Shown: positions 11,621-24,940 of the stretch, in pieces | Layout of the letters: the number at the start of each line of letters is the position of its first letter | How positions within the stretch are numbered: the stretch's first letter is position 1 | Assembly: GCA_013265495.1 (NCBI GenBank) | Contig: MU060401.1 | Coordinates: 186,001 to 250,000, forward strand | Length of the DNA: 64,000 nucleotides | Direction of reading: 5' to 3' | Source: Vicugna vicugna | Lineage: Eukaryota | Translations under genes and position numbers: made by a program | Notes under the pieces: generated by a model | What the model saw: the letters and a program-made list of their open reading frames with translations, nothing else | What the model was told of the DNA's origin: nothing | Databases searched by the model: none

Positions 11621-13193
11621 CAAGTGATGGAGAAGGAGCGGGAAGAGAGATGGACTGAATCCTAGTAGGTCTCAGGCGCTGAAAATGCCATTGTATGGAC
11701 TTCCATCCCAACTGTGCAGGGTAGAGATAATGATCCCCATGAGTAGATGAGGAAACTAAGGCTCAGGAAGTGCAGACACCTGTTCAGGGACACACAGCTA
11801 AGTAAGTTGCTGACTCAGGTCTGTCTGAATTTAAAACCAATGCCCTTTCTCCTGGGTATGGGAGGCTTTTGCAAACAGGAAGGCATCTGCCTACTGCTAT
11901 GGAAGTCCAAAATTCTTTGTATCACAGGAGAGTGTTAGGAAGGTCAAAGGATCGAGGATGACCACTTTCTTTGTTGTTATTTTCAGATGTAAGAGACAAA
12001 AGAGCCTCTTATCACTGGTGGGGAGAACCAGTGACCCATTTCACAGATGGAGTAAATGAGGGTAGCAAAAGTGTTCAATGTCTTGGCCACTATGCATATT
12101 CTCAGTGTTCCAATCACCAAGTCATCAGTGGAGAGCAACCTGCAGCGAGAGGTGGCCTCCAGAGCTCTCTCCAGATCCCTGGGAGTCCAGCCTTTCCACT
12201 GGCCATCACAAATCCCTTTGTGAATCCACGTGGCTTCCCCACTCCAAAAGCAGAATGGGCAAGACTGTAGGAAGACCTCACATCCAGCAGGTTAACTGCC
12301 CCTGGAACTAAATCTCCAAACCTGTTCCCCCGCCCATCCGCATCCCCAGTGCACACCTTGACCAAGCAGAGACTTACAGCAGAAGCTTCTGTTCCCTTGC
12401 TGGCCCTTTAAGGTCTGAAACCCTCACCTTAATTGGTATTCAGGGCATTCAGCTCAGATCTGCTCTCTAAGCTGGGAGGGTCAGGGACTCATTAGCAGAT
12501 GCTTAAATGTCAGAGGGAAACCTGTCTCAGCAGAGCTAGGCTTATAGAGTCTGCCTTCCTCTTCCTACCCTTGCAGTCTGGCCCCCTGGCGTCCAGGAAG
12601 GCAGGAGAAAATCACTTGGGGAGATGCCAGGGTAGGAATTCAGCCTCCTCCAAGGAGACAGATTCACGGACCTGAAAGGGATTATAGCATCATCCCTTGA
12701 ATAGGGTCCTGGTGAGGAAGGGGCAGGTTACCAATTTGAATATAGTTCTGGAGACTCAGGGTCAATTTTTAGGTGCTTAAAGGGAATCAGACTCCAGTGT
12801 GGAGAGACCCCAGAGTGAGAGCCCTGACTTTGTGAATGATTCGTGGTCAAAGTGGAGTGAATATTAAGGGCAAAGGAGGGAGAATAGATGTCACAGTGTT
12901 TTGAAAATGTTCAAACAGGGCTTGGGGATGGTTTCTTAAAGAGGGGTAGCCCAGAGGGTGAGAGGACTCAGAGCTCAGATGTCCTCGGGTTGGAATCCAG
13001 GCGCTGCTACTTGTCAGCTGTGTGGCCTTGGGCAAGTCACTTCCCTCTCTGAGACTCTGTTTTCCCTTCTGTATGATGGGGAGAATGGGACCTACATTGT
13101 TGGGATTAGGAGGATAAAGCATATCAAGTGTTGACCCAGCACCTGGCACACAGAGAACGTTCAGCAAGATCATCAAGAGTGGAAAGATCTCAG

Positions 13194-13295
13194 GGGGAGG
13201 GTATAGCTCAGTGGTAGAACATGTGCTTAGCGTGCACGAGGTCCTGGGTTCAATCCCCAGTACCTCCATTAAGAAAAAAAAATTGTCCCTTGAAA
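13194..13295 (+). mobile_element. vic-1-like SINE, young copy
   Basis: Intact A and B boxes. Perfect 20-bp TSD CAAGAGTGGAAAGATCTCAG at 13174-13193 and 13296-13315. Confidence 0.93.
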
Positions 13296-15012
13296 CAAGA
13301 GTGGAAAGATCTCAGACTTAGATTCCAGTCTCAGCTCTGCTTCTTATACATTGGGTGACTTGTGTCAAGTGGTTTCAGCCCTCTGAGCCTGGAGTTTCCC
13401 CATCTGTAAAAATGGGGATCCTCATACCGCCAGAGAGATGCAGGAGTTCAACAAGGCTGCAGGTGTGAACAGTTCAGCCTAGTTCCTGGCTGATAGCACG
13501 TGACCAGTAAACGGCAGCTATAATGATAACAATGGTATGATGATATGACTGTAAGCATCTGATCTTCAGAGTAGCATTATTATTATCGGAAGGAGCGTGG
13601 ACTTTGGAGATGGAGTGATCTGTTTGACAACTTTGTGACACTGGAAGCCAGAGAGCCTCCCTGAGCCTCGGTTGTCTCATCTGTCCAGTGGGGATAGCCA
13701 TGGCATGTCCCACACGTGGCTGCAAACTTTCAATGGCTTTAAAGCACCCAGCTTGGAGTCTGGCATCAATAGGGGCTCAGTAAACACTAGTGGAGTCTAA
13801 AGAGAGAAGGCGAGTCTCCTTATTTCTGAGAGCAAGGTCAGCCTGTCTTTGTACCCTGAGCTGAGTTGGCATCCAGCTAACTGAGCTTTCTGGTTAAGTG
13901 AGGGTTCATCCACGCTGCTTCCAGCCTCCCATCTCGTTGCTCTTAATCTTTAGCTTAACATCTGACTCCCCTCCCCATCCTCACCTCGTACGCTATGTTC
14001 TCTGAGCATCATTAAATCTTCCTCAGGGTGACTGCACCCCAGGCCACAGGATGGGAGACTGTCCCCACAGGACACTGTGGCATTTGGGGCATGACAGCTC
14101 CTCACTTAGGGGGTGGAGGGCTGTTCTGTACAGAAGGGGATCTGCATAGTTTAACTCCCTCCCTATCATTGATATGTGGGGAAACTGAGGCCTGGAGGAC
14201 CACAGCACCCAGCAGCATCACCGCCACCGCTCTCACCAGCCTGGAGTGAGCGATGGGGGAACGCGGCGGAGATGGCACTGGATAGTGTGAGCCTGCGGCA
14301 TGCTCTGGAAATGAGCCATTTCACCCAATTCCAGATATGTTCTCAGCTTGCTAGATTTGCTTCCACCGTGAACAACCTCAGGCTACTGGGTGCCAGGTGA
14401 TAGAGATAATCACTAGGGTGCCTCTGACAGCTGAAATTTAGAATTCTCATTCCTAGACTCCCTCCCCCTCCTCCGCCATCCTTCATATGCTTTTCTCTGC
14501 ACTTAAATATAGATATACACATATATGCTAAAAAGGGGGGTTTACACAATAGATAGACCAAGATTCAGACATAAATGGAGGTATCTGATTCTTGCAATTT
14601 GCTTCACTTTTCCCCAAGAGTTAACCTTGTGTTTCTGAGATAATCCTTAGCACCTTTTTGCTAACGCTGGGTCCTTAGTATTGTCACATAACCTGCCTCT
14701 TTCTGAGCCCTGTTTCTCTCACCCATAAAATAAGAGTTTACTATGGACCTCGCAGAGTTCCCAAGATGCTAAAATGAGACGATGGTTGTAAAGTTCTCAG
14801 AGGGGTGGATCACACATAGTAGGGATTCCATAAATGGCACCTAATTTTGTGCCCCTGGTTTTGAGTCACTGCACCAACAGTGTCCTTGGTTTTATGTGAA
14901 ATCTGTGCTTCTAGAAAAGTACATACAACTCAGATTGGAGAACGATGGAACCCATTTTTAAATGGGCATCACGAGCCTTTCAGTAAGTTTGACGGGGCCA
15001 CTATTAAGAAAA

Positions 15013-15345
15013 CTTTTTAATTGAAGTATAGTTGAATTATGATATTATACTAGTATCAGGGGTACAAAATAGTAATTTAATATTTTTATAAATTATACTC
15101 CATACCAAGTTATTATGAAACTGACCATGTGCTGTACATTACATCCCGGTAAATGATTTATTTTATACCTACTAGTTTTTATAGCTCTTAATCCCCTTCA
15201 CCTATTTAGCCCCTCCCCCAGCCCCTCCCCTCTGGTAACCACAAGTTACCTGTGTATCTGTGAGTCTCTTTGTGTTTCTCTGGATTTGTTCGTTTGTTTC
15301 ATTTTTTTTTATTTCACATATAAGTGAAAACATAAAGCATTTATT
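15013..15345 (-). mobile_element. L1 3'-end fragment (L1MA/MB-like)
   Basis: ttttaattgaagtatagttg...ccctcccctctggtaaccac...cacatataagtga is a typical antisense L1 3'UTR. Confidence 0.85.
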
Positions 15346-15442
15346 TTTAATCTGTCTTTATTGCATTAAAAATGCATATACACTGCCAAAAAAGTTAGCA
15401 AAGAGTTTTACACAAAGATGGAAATAAAAATTACCTATAATC

Positions 15443-15793
15443 CTATCAGTCTCAGAATTCTCCAGAGAAGCAGAAGGCTATACAGTAGCTATATTAAGAG
15501 ACTTATTTCAGGAATTGGCTCACACAATCGTGGAGGCTGGCAAGCCTGACACCCATAGACAGAATTCCTTCTCTGGGAAACCTTGTTTCCTTCCTTTCTT
15601 ATCCCTTCAACTGATTGGATGCAGCCCACCCACATTTTAGAGGGAAATCCCTTTTAAGCCTCCTTAAGGTCAACTAACTGCTGATGTTAATCCCACCTAC
15701 CAAAAAACCTCCGCTGCAACACCTAGACCGATGTCTGACCAAGCAGCTGGGCACCACAGCCTCGCCAGCGTGACACAAAACTGCACCATCACA
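15443..15793 (-). mobile_element. MaLR LTR (MLT1D/E-like) within old L1
   Basis: ttctccagagaagcagaa...ggaattggctcacacaatcgtggaggctggcaag...gattggatgcagcccaccc...accatcaca. Confidence 0.8.
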
Positions 15794-15983
15794 CCTACTA
15801 TTCAGAAAGAACCATGGTTGTTAACATATTAGGTTATGTCCCTCTAGAGATTTACATTGAGAGGTAATTTGTGTACAAAATTGATATTTTATAATATGTG
15901 GCATTTCATATTCTCAGTTTTTATTTAACATTGTACCTTGACCATGTCTTCATCTTCTCTAAAGTAACCTTTCACATCGTTAT

Positions 15984-16113
15984 ATTTGGTTTTTGGTGGG
16001 GGAGGGAGTAATTAGGTTTATTTATATATTTTTAATGGAGGTGCTGGGGATCGAACCCAGGACCTTGTGCATGCGAAGCACATGCTCTACCACTGAGCTA
16101 CACCCTCCCCGCT
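15984..16113 (-). mobile_element. vic-1-like SINE nested in old L1 sequence
   Basis: A/B boxes intact; 9-bp TSD catcgttat/catcattat with one mismatch consistent with CpG decay. Confidence 0.88.
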
Positions 16114-17220
16114 CATCATTATTTTTGATGGGGCATAGAAACGCATTGTGTTGTCATTCGGTACTTGTATTTGTCCAGTATTTCACAGTTGGGCACTGAG
16201 GTTGTTCCCAGTCTTTCACGTGTTAATTTAAATAAATGCTGCAATGAGCATCCTTACTGATAAATCTTTGTGCAATAAATCTGTAGTGGATGAAAACGGT
16301 ACCCACCCAAATCCTCTTTCTCATCAATGGCTCACATGTGCCCCCTTGTCCAAAAACGACCCCTGGCCCAACAGCCTCTCCCAGGAAATTATGTCCCACA
16401 GCCAACAACTGACAGACATTTGGGAGGGAGGCACACAGGACCAACGTGGGGCCCTTTCCTTAAAGTGGGACCAACTCCGTGGTGCAATTTACCCTCCAGG
16501 CTGCAGGTGGGGCCCAGCCAAGGTCATGTGCTTACTTGGCTCCTCCCCTGCGCGGTCCTGCTCCCCGCCCCCTTCTCCTGAGGAAGTGTGCTCTCAGCAG
16601 AACACCATCTCTCATTCTGCTTCAAGTAAACCCAGCTTAAGACAGTATCTCTGAATATTGTTTTGAGGGTGACTTCTGTTGAAGAGATAACAGTGGCCTC
16701 CAAATTTTCTATTGCGTAGCTGGGCTGTTTCCAGGTTAGGTTTTCTTAAAGGGAATCCCTCCGATGAATCAGTTACTTGTAGCACTGGGTGGGCAGAGAT
16801 TCCTGAAGCCCAGGGTTTTTTCCCTGAAGCCCAGCAATGATGGGAGGGAGGGGTACCCCGGTGCTTGAGGAAGAGCAGGAGTGCCCTGGACCCTTTCCTT
16901 CCCTGCATCTTCAAATGCCCGGGCCCTCTCCTGATGAAATCACGAAAATCCTCCAGGGCATCTATCATTTCCCTAAATGGGGAGTTGCTCAGGAATGAGG
17001 AAGTGAGACAAAGGAATTTGGACAAAGCAAAGGGGATTATGTGGTCCAGCAAGAACATCTCAGTGGCCTGGATTCTTGGAATTATGTAGCTCATGAGTCT
17101 CCACTGTGTGACCTTGAGCAAGTCTCTTGACTTCTCTGGGCTTCAGTTGATAAGCGCTTCCTTCAGAAGGCGGTTCTCCCAGCCTACATCTGACTATTTG
17201 TCTTCCCTCTGGCTCTCCAG

Positions 17221-17342
17221 ATGGAAGTGCGATCTTCCGAGGCTGCTTCCGGCGGCCCGACAACCTCTCCCTGGCCTTGCCGGTGACGGCCGCCATGCCC
17301 AACATGTCCGTGGACAAGTGTGTGGATCTCTGCACGGAGAAG
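17221..17342 (+). CDS. WSCD2: WSCD2 coding exon (first half of WSC domain 2: YGSAIFRGCFRRPDNLSLALPVTAAMPNMSVDKCVDLCTEK)
   Basis: Pyrimidine tract ending ctccag at 17220, donor GTGAGC at 17343. 122 nt, frame continuous with its neighbours. Confidence 0.97.
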
Positions 17343-19829
17343 GTGAGCCTGGTTCTGCTCACAGAACTCTGGGGAGAGCAGTGTGGAACAGCTGGAAGAA
17401 CGGGATGCTTGGCTGGAGAAGCCCCCACGCCACCGGGATGAGGGAGTTCATTACTGTGATCTGTGATGTGGGAGAGGAATGTGACCGTTTCATGTGGATC
17501 CAAAGGGTAGAGGTCCATTTCTTTCCCTCCGAGGAAGTGTGTTTGTTCTAATAGTGGGGACCACTCAAGAATGAGGGTGACATGTGAACCTAGAAGCGTG
17601 AGTAGAAGATTGCCAGGTAAAGGCAAGGACAGCCCCATCTTGGGGTAGAGTGAGTTCTCCATCACTGGAGGCAGGCAAGTGGAGGACGGGCAGGTGTGGC
17701 ATCCAGAACTGTGGGCATTGGATAGCTGTTTGCCTGGATGATCCAACTGGATAGTCCTGTCTCAGCCTGAGACCCTTGATGGCTGACTGTTCATCCTTCC
17801 TCCCTAGCCAGACAGGGAAATACACAAGAGTGGACACTGTGCCTAAAATATTTTGTGACCACCCCAGTACCCAGCACAGAGCTAGGCACATCGGTGGCAT
17901 TCAGCGATGTCTGAGGAGCTCCATTCTTCACTCAAGATGCAGTAATTACATGAGGGTCCAAAGGAGAACCATCTCTCCCACCACCACAGGAAGGTGGTTG
18001 CCCATTTCATTGACTAACTCATCTAATATTTGATGTGAAATGCCTTTGTTCCAGGCTCCTGTCTTCAGTGCTAGGAGTGCAAAGTGAACAGAACATGGTC
18101 TTTGTCCTCAGTGATGCTAGCATTTACCTGTTTTGTGGCTCTTCCTGGGTGCTCAGCCTGCACCCCGACTCCTGAGTGCCCCCACCTGCTCTGACTCATC
18201 CTGCTTGACTCTTTCTTTCATCAAGGGTCCAAATTCATGAAGCACCTCTCAGGAAGACCGAGAGGCAGCACCACCGAGGCTACTGTTACTAAGCAGTCCT
18301 CTGTCCCACAGGTCACACAGTTTACCTCTCACAACAAGGCTAGGCAATGGGAGTTTTCATCCCCATTTCACAGACGACAAACCAAGGCTCAGACAGGTGA
18401 AGTCACTTGCTCAAGCTCACAGCACAAGCAAGGAGCGGGACTGGGGCTGACAGCAAATCCATGCTCTCGATTTCTGAGCTACCCCAGAGACCACACAGAG
18501 AGGGCCCCACAAGCCATTCAGGGGCAGCCAGGCCACTTCGAGTCACCCAGCACTTCCCGGGTGCTTGCTCTGTTCCCAGGAGGCATCCTGGAAGGTCAAG
18601 GGCAGAGTTCGCAAGATTAAAGGAGATTTGATCATCTTTTTTGGTCCAGCTTTTTCTCTTGGGCTGGAATCCCCCTCTCCTATGGCGTCCCCTCCAGATG
18701 GACATTCCTCTGTCCTGGGGGTCCTGGAGGAACCTACAGATCAGCTGGAGGTGGGGGAACAAACGTGGGAGACAGTGAGGTGACAAGATCAACTAGTGTG
18801 AAACAGGGTCCAACTGTACACAGAACTGGAGGGAAGCGAAGATGCGTGTGTGGGTGGGGATGCTACAGGAAGACCCCACTGCAAAACTCCCTCTTCTGGT
18901 TTCCTCTAATCGCTTTGAGGATCACAGGAGGAAAATTGAGAGGAGTAAGTAAACAGGCATACAGAGCTCCTTGTGCCAAGTGGTGGAGATTTAGGGTGTC
19001 AGAGGGGGCTTCAGTGTGTGTGACCTGCTACAAAACGCCATCAGTCACAGCCCAGGCCGACCCACCAGCATAGCAGCATCTCTCTGCTCCGCTCCGTGCT
19101 GCAGTTCACATTTAACATCCGTTAGAAAGAAGCCAGACCCACCATGGTAAATCTCAGATCCAGCCCCAAAGGTGTGACCTTGGTTTGTGACCAGATTATC
19201 CCTGGACCAGCTACCAGGGAGAATTCAGGTCCAGGAGCCTGAGTAGAAGCAAATTGGACAAAGGACAGTCCATTGCCCTGCAAATCTCAGGTCTCCCTCC
19301 TTCCATAGAACGAACAAAGAGCTTAGAAGCAGCTCTCCCAGCAAAGACTGTGGCTACCCGGAAGTACCAACAGCCTCTTTGGCTTAAAAGAATGGATTCA
19401 GACAGCTTTTCCCAAGGCAGGGGCTTCACATCACTGTCAGACCCAGAGGATTTATTACGGTATAATGCATGGCTGTGAGAACATCATTTCTTTTTCAGTT
19501 TTCTTTCAAGTCCTCCAGGATAAAGTTGCTTCTCAGTGCTAAAGTGTCTTTAACACCTCTCTCCCCTCAACTAATCTCTCTTTTGCAGGAAAAAAAGGAG
19601 TCGACCTCCAGGCTCAGAGTCTTGGCAGGCAGAGTGCCTAGTTAAGAATGTCACCCCATTGTTTTGTTTCTACAGTATTGGGGTTTATAGCATAGAAATG
19701 TGGAAAAACGCTGCTGCTTCTCCAGCACTACTTGCCGGAGTGATGTAAAGCTTCCTTTGAAATCTGAGTTTCAGAAACTTCACTGACACATGAAAGAAAC
19801 AAGTTAATAAATCATAGTACAGGCAAACG

Positions 19830-19980
19830 AAAAGGAACCTGGTAATTGCATGAGGTGATGGGTGTGTTAAGCCGCTTGTGGTGATCATTTCACAATGTGG
19901 ACATAGATCAAAACCTCAAGGTGTACACCTTAAGTACATACAATTTTTACTTGTCAATTATACCTCAAGAAAGCTGGAAG
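19830..19980 (+). mobile_element. L1 3'-end fragment
   Basis: ggtgatgggtgtgttaa...tggtgatcatttcacaatgt...tgtacaccttaa...gtcaattatacctcaa. Confidence 0.8.
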
Positions 19981-20164
19981 ATATAAAAGTACAGGAGGTA
20001 TACAGATAGGGAAAAAAATCATAAAAGGGGGGTTTACTAGTGATGTCTGGGGGCCCTGGAGCTGGGGAGAGTGATGGAGAATGCAAATATGGTTCTGCGT
20101 CCCGAGCTGGGCTGTCCGGGGATTTGGTGGTTTTCTTCCCTTTCTCCTCCCATCTCATTCCCAG

Positions 20165-20339
20165 GAGTACCCGCTGGCGGCCCTTGCGGGCACCGCCTGC
20201 CACTGTGGGTTCCCCACCACGCGATTCCCCCTCCATGAGAGAGAGGACGAACAGCTCTGTGCCCAGAAGTGCAGCGCGGAGGAGTTTGAGAGCTGCGGGA
20301 CTCCCAGCTACTTCATCGTGTACCAGACGCAGGTCCAAG
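20165..20339 (+). CDS. WSCD2: WSCD2 coding exon (second half of WSC domain 2: EYPLAALAGTACHCG...SCGTPSYFIVYQTQVQ)
   Basis: Acceptor cccag ends at 20164, donor GTAAGC at 20340. 175 nt; in frame within ORF 20081-20569. Confidence 0.97.
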
Positions 20340-22099
20340 GTAAGCCAGCAGCCCCCCTACCACCCAATCCAGCAGACCCCCCAGGAGCTCCCTCAATGGG
20401 CTCTCTCTCCCAAAGATGCTCCAGCGAGCCCATTCCATCCAGCCTGTCGGCAAGAGAACTGTGCAGACCAGAGGGCAGAGGGCAGAGACAGGGCTGGTGC
20501 ACTCGGCCAGGCTTAGAGATCCTGGATGCGAAACAGAGGGCAGGTCCCAGGCAAGAAGGGTGGTTCTGAAGACCTTCATCTGTACCTCTCCTACTGAGGA
20601 CCCCCTTGGTGGCTCTTGCTGTAATGGGAGCAGTGACATTGAGGGGGAAGACATCTGAGCTGGCAGTGGGGGACTTGGGTCTCCAGCACACACTGCATGA
20701 TCCTGGGTGAGCCATTTCCCCTTTCTGTGCCTCAGTTTCTCCATCTGTAAAATGAAGCTGTAGAGTGTTGGCCTTCCAATTCTAGGATTCCATAAATGTA
20801 TCCATCAATTTTTCTTTTCTTTCTCCACCTTTCCGCTTTCAGCCTTTTTCCTTTGCTAGTGGAATCCACAGTTAACGCTTACATCCTCTTCCATCTCTTG
20901 GGGCTACCAGATTGTGATGAAGGTGGTGGTGAGGGTGGTATTCAGGGTCTCTCAAGGACTTTCTTTGTGCCAGACCCAGGCTTTGGTCTTTCATGTGCAT
21001 TTTCTCACTGCCTCCCCTTGGCTTTCCTATGAGGTGGGAACAATCACTATGCCTACATTACAGGTAGAGAAACTGAGTCTCAAAATAGATAAAGGACTTG
21101 CCTGAGGTCATGCTGTTTATAAAATTTCTAGATAAAAATCTCTTCTCCCGATGGAGGCATCATGAAGGGTGTGGCACTGGGAGAGGTGACTTGCTGGGGT
21201 GCTCAGCCCAAAGGAAAACCCTGACGGATTATCCCAATACTTGAAGACACTGTCCACCTTCTAAGCACCAGTCCTGTGCCAAGGCCCATCTCATTTAATG
21301 ATGTCAAGCTCACAGTAAGCCTTTGATCGAGGCAGTGTCACCCGCATTTTACAAATGGGAGAACCAAGACTCAGAGAACTGGCCACAGTCACATATCTAC
21401 GAGAGTCTTTTCCCACAGTGAAGGGAACACTCCCCACACCCTCTGAAGCCTGGAGATCCAACAAAACACCATTGAGCTAGACTGCCTCTTCGTCTTCCAG
21501 GAACCAGGCCACCATGTACAGTTGGGCAGGTTGAGCACTGCACAGGCACAAACTATAGGAAAAGTGGCATGCACTCTGGATGACGGCGCCTCTGCCTGGA
21601 GGAAGGGGAGGGTAGCTTTCTCTGATTTGTAAGAGCTAAGTGGCAGCCCCATCGATAGCTTGTCCCCTGTTTCACCTGACGGGGTACCAGTGGTGGCCAA
21701 CTGCGGCTGCTGCCATGACAGCTGAATCCTGCTAAGAGCCCAGCGAGCAGGAATCTGTTTAGCAAGGGCGACCGTTGGCTTTATTTACACTCCAGCGAGG
21801 AAGGATGAGTGTTTGTTAGTTTTCGGGAAGTGCTGGTTTGTTTGCGCAGAACTGTGCTGCCCCAGCTTGGGGGCGTGGCCATGAACATGGCTTTGATGCG
21901 GACAGAACAGACGCCGGAGCCTTTTCAATAGCAGATAACGAGCCCCTGACTGATGGGTCTGCTCATCCCCAGTGCCCAGCCCCAGGCTATTGCTGCTCTT
22001 CCATTTCCCAGGTCCCGCTTGCAGGCCGCTCACACTGGGGAGGTTGGAGATTCATGTGGTTCATGAGGCTGCTGAGAGCCTGGGCCACCATGGCTGCTG

Positions 22100-22520
22100 T
22101 TTACTGAGCACCTACTGTGTACCAGCTACTGTCTAAGCTCTTCAGACTGAATTATCTCATCTAACCCTCACAACAGTCCAATGGCATAGGTGGTTATTAT
22201 TACCATTTTACAAATGGAGCCACTTGGCACAGAGAGGTTGGGTAGCTCAGCCAGAGTCACACAGCTAGACAGTGCAGAGCTGGGATTCAGATCTAGGAAA
22301 TCTGGGTCCCACGCCTTCACTCTTAATCTCAGCTTCTCAACATACACTGCAAATACCTCACTCGCATTATGCATTTAATCCTGTAAGGTTTATTAGCTCC
22401 ACTTTACAGGTGAGGAAAATGAGGCTCAGAGAGGTGGAGAGCCTTGTTCAGTGTCACACAGCGAGGCCATGATAATCCAGGATGGAACCCCGGGTCTGTC
22501 TGATTCCTAACCTATGTACA
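22100..22520. mobile_element. Tandem MIR copies (representative of several dozen MIR fragments across the window)
   Basis: MIR core ccattttaca(g/a)atg(a/g)g(g/a)aa(a/c)tgaggctcagagaggt recurs here and at, for example, ~5770, 6110, 38660, 44120, 51050, 58850 and 62520. Confidence 0.85.
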
Positions 22521-22684
22521 ATACTGCCTTCAGCCTCTGCTTTGATTTATGGAGGTTAAGGACCAAATAAACTTCCTTTTTAGTGCCAAAAACAATCATC
22601 TTTACCTCGGAGTTGGCCTCCCAGGCAGTATTTGAATGGAGAATTCAAAAACTGACAGGCCAGTTTCTTTCTCCCTTCCAACAT

Positions 22685-23050
22685 TTTAGTATGAAAAAAT
22701 ATCAAACCTTCAGGAAAAAAAAAATGAAAAGGATTACACAGTGAACACGCTATACTTTTCCCATAGATTTTACATTTGTCAACATTTTATTCTGTTTACC
22801 GTACATCTTTCCATCTCTCCATCTGTCAATTTTTATCTTTGGGTGCATTTCGAAGTAAGTTTCAAACATCTTTCCACGTCAGTCTGCATATCACTAATTA
22901 TAATTCAATATTTCTTAATGATTTTTTGAAGTAGTATTTACACAGAGTGAAATGCACACATTTTAAGTGTGCTGTTTGATGCAATTGGGTCCTATCAAAT
23001 CCACACCCCTGTCACAGTATCAAACATCACGATACTCTAGGAAGTTTTGC
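22685..23050 (-). mobile_element. Old L1 (L1MC/ME-like) fragments
   Basis: AT-rich stretch with L1 3' motifs (atgaaaaaatatcaaac..., gaaatgcacacattttaagtg...). Confidence 0.6.
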
Positions 23051-24006
23051 ATCTAGGTTCCTTTTTGCAATGTGTTCTCATGGAAACTATCCCCAGACAC
23101 TTGCTTGGCTTCAACAAAGATGCTTTTTGGTTTATTTTTCCCAAGCCTGCTCTCCTCTGGCCAGACAGATTGAAAGTGGCATGGCAGGGGAAGAGAGCTG
23201 CATCTCTTGGCTAGTAGCATCAATACTAAGAGCTCACAGCATGTGAGCCCTGTGTTAACACTCAACACGCATCCTCTCTATAACCCTCCTGACAACCCCA
23301 GGGCATCATCACTGCCAGCAGTCCCATTTTACAGGTGAGGAAACTGAGATTGATTCAGATCCATCATTTTTCTGAGGTTACCCAGCAAGTAGGTGGCAGA
23401 TTTGGAGTTTAAATGTAAGACTTCAAACTTTTCCCTTGAAGAGCTGTTTGAGAAAGCAGTGCAGCTCATGGTGAGACTTCAAGAATGGCAGCTAATGCAG
23501 AATGGGAAAGACCAGGTACAATCTTGGAAGGAATTATAAGGGCCGAATGAGGGGTGGGATCAGATGCTGCAGAGTAAACAAGGAGGGAGGGAGAGAGGAA
23601 GAAAGGAAAGAAGGAAGGGAGGGAGGGAGGAAGGTTCAGTTCAGCTGAGAGCCGGAACAGTTTCCCTGACAAAGCCAGGTAGGAGGCAGTGAAGGTGGAA
23701 GGACCAGCACACCTGAAGCTGCCAGATCAGGAAAGGGCAGAGCACGGATGAGGCAGTGAAAGGACCAGGTGGCCGGCAGGTGGGGGATTTGGAGAGGAGA
23801 GTGGGTGGGTGGCATGAGCCTGGGAGGATGCAAGAACCAGGTCATGCAGGGCTAGAGGGTCAAGGTAAGAACCTTGGACTGGATCCCATTTGTGGAGAGG
23901 AGATGCATCCTCCCAGCTGAGTTTTATTGAATCCCTACCATGTACTCATCCCTTTTCATGTCTTATCACATACAACCCTTTTCCCATTTGCAGGTAAGGA
24001 GACTGA

Positions 24007-24336
<330 letters not shown>

Positions 24337-24760
24337 TGAGCACCTACTATGTGCCGCCTAGCTCATGGCTAGGCATGTCTATTGAGACCTACTATGTGCT
24401 TAGTACCTTTCCTTGACTTACATCCCACAAACATTTCCTGAGTATCATGTCCTGGGTGCCTCACCAGGACCCGTCCAATAATAAGCATTTATCAAGCACC
24501 TACTATGTGCCGGGAGCCTTTAAAGTCTTAATGTGCAGGGTGCACTTGAAACCATTTCCATGAGAATCTTGGGAGTGGGTCAGGGCATGGGTATTTTCTA
24601 AAAGCTCCCCAGGTGATTCCAATGCAAAGTCAGCGTGAGACCCCTGGCCCTAGACCAGGAACCCAGCAGTCTCACTTCCAGACCCACAACATTCAAAAAA
24701 TTGGTCTTTGTTTTTTTGTACTCGAGTGTTGGGGAATCTCAAGAGTTGATACTTAATGGG

Positions 24761-24940
24761 NNNNNNNNNNNNNNNNNNNNNNNNNNNNNNNNNNNNNNNN
24801 NNNNNNNNNNNNNNNNNNNNNNNNNNNNNNNNNNNNNNNNNNNNNNNNNNNNNNNNNNNNNNNNNNNNNNNNNNNNNNNNNNNNNNNNNNNNNNNNNNNN
24901 NNNNNNNNNNNNNNNNNNNNNNNNNNNNNNNNNNNNNNNN
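24761..24940. other. Assembly gap (180 N)
   Basis: Run of N. Confidence 1.

Noticed and set aside
12847-13269. ORFs sharing the peptide EVLGIEPRT (also 15993-16199 and 48068-48409)
   Set aside because: The shared peptide is the antisense translation of the SINE, not a protein family.
13194-13270. tRNA-Ala(AGC) gene
   Set aside because: It is tRNA-like but has an A-tail and TSD, an imperfect acceptor stem and five more diverged copies in the window, so it is a SINE.
17060-17746. 228-aa minus-strand ORF
   Set aside because: It overlaps a GC-rich WSCD2 exon in antisense and has no recognisable domain or splice support.
23386-23399. CTCF-like motifs CAAGTAGGTGGCAG here and CCAGCAGGGGGAC at ~49234
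   Set aside because: Each mismatches a near-invariant CTCF position, and both are ordinary MIR/L2-derived sequence.
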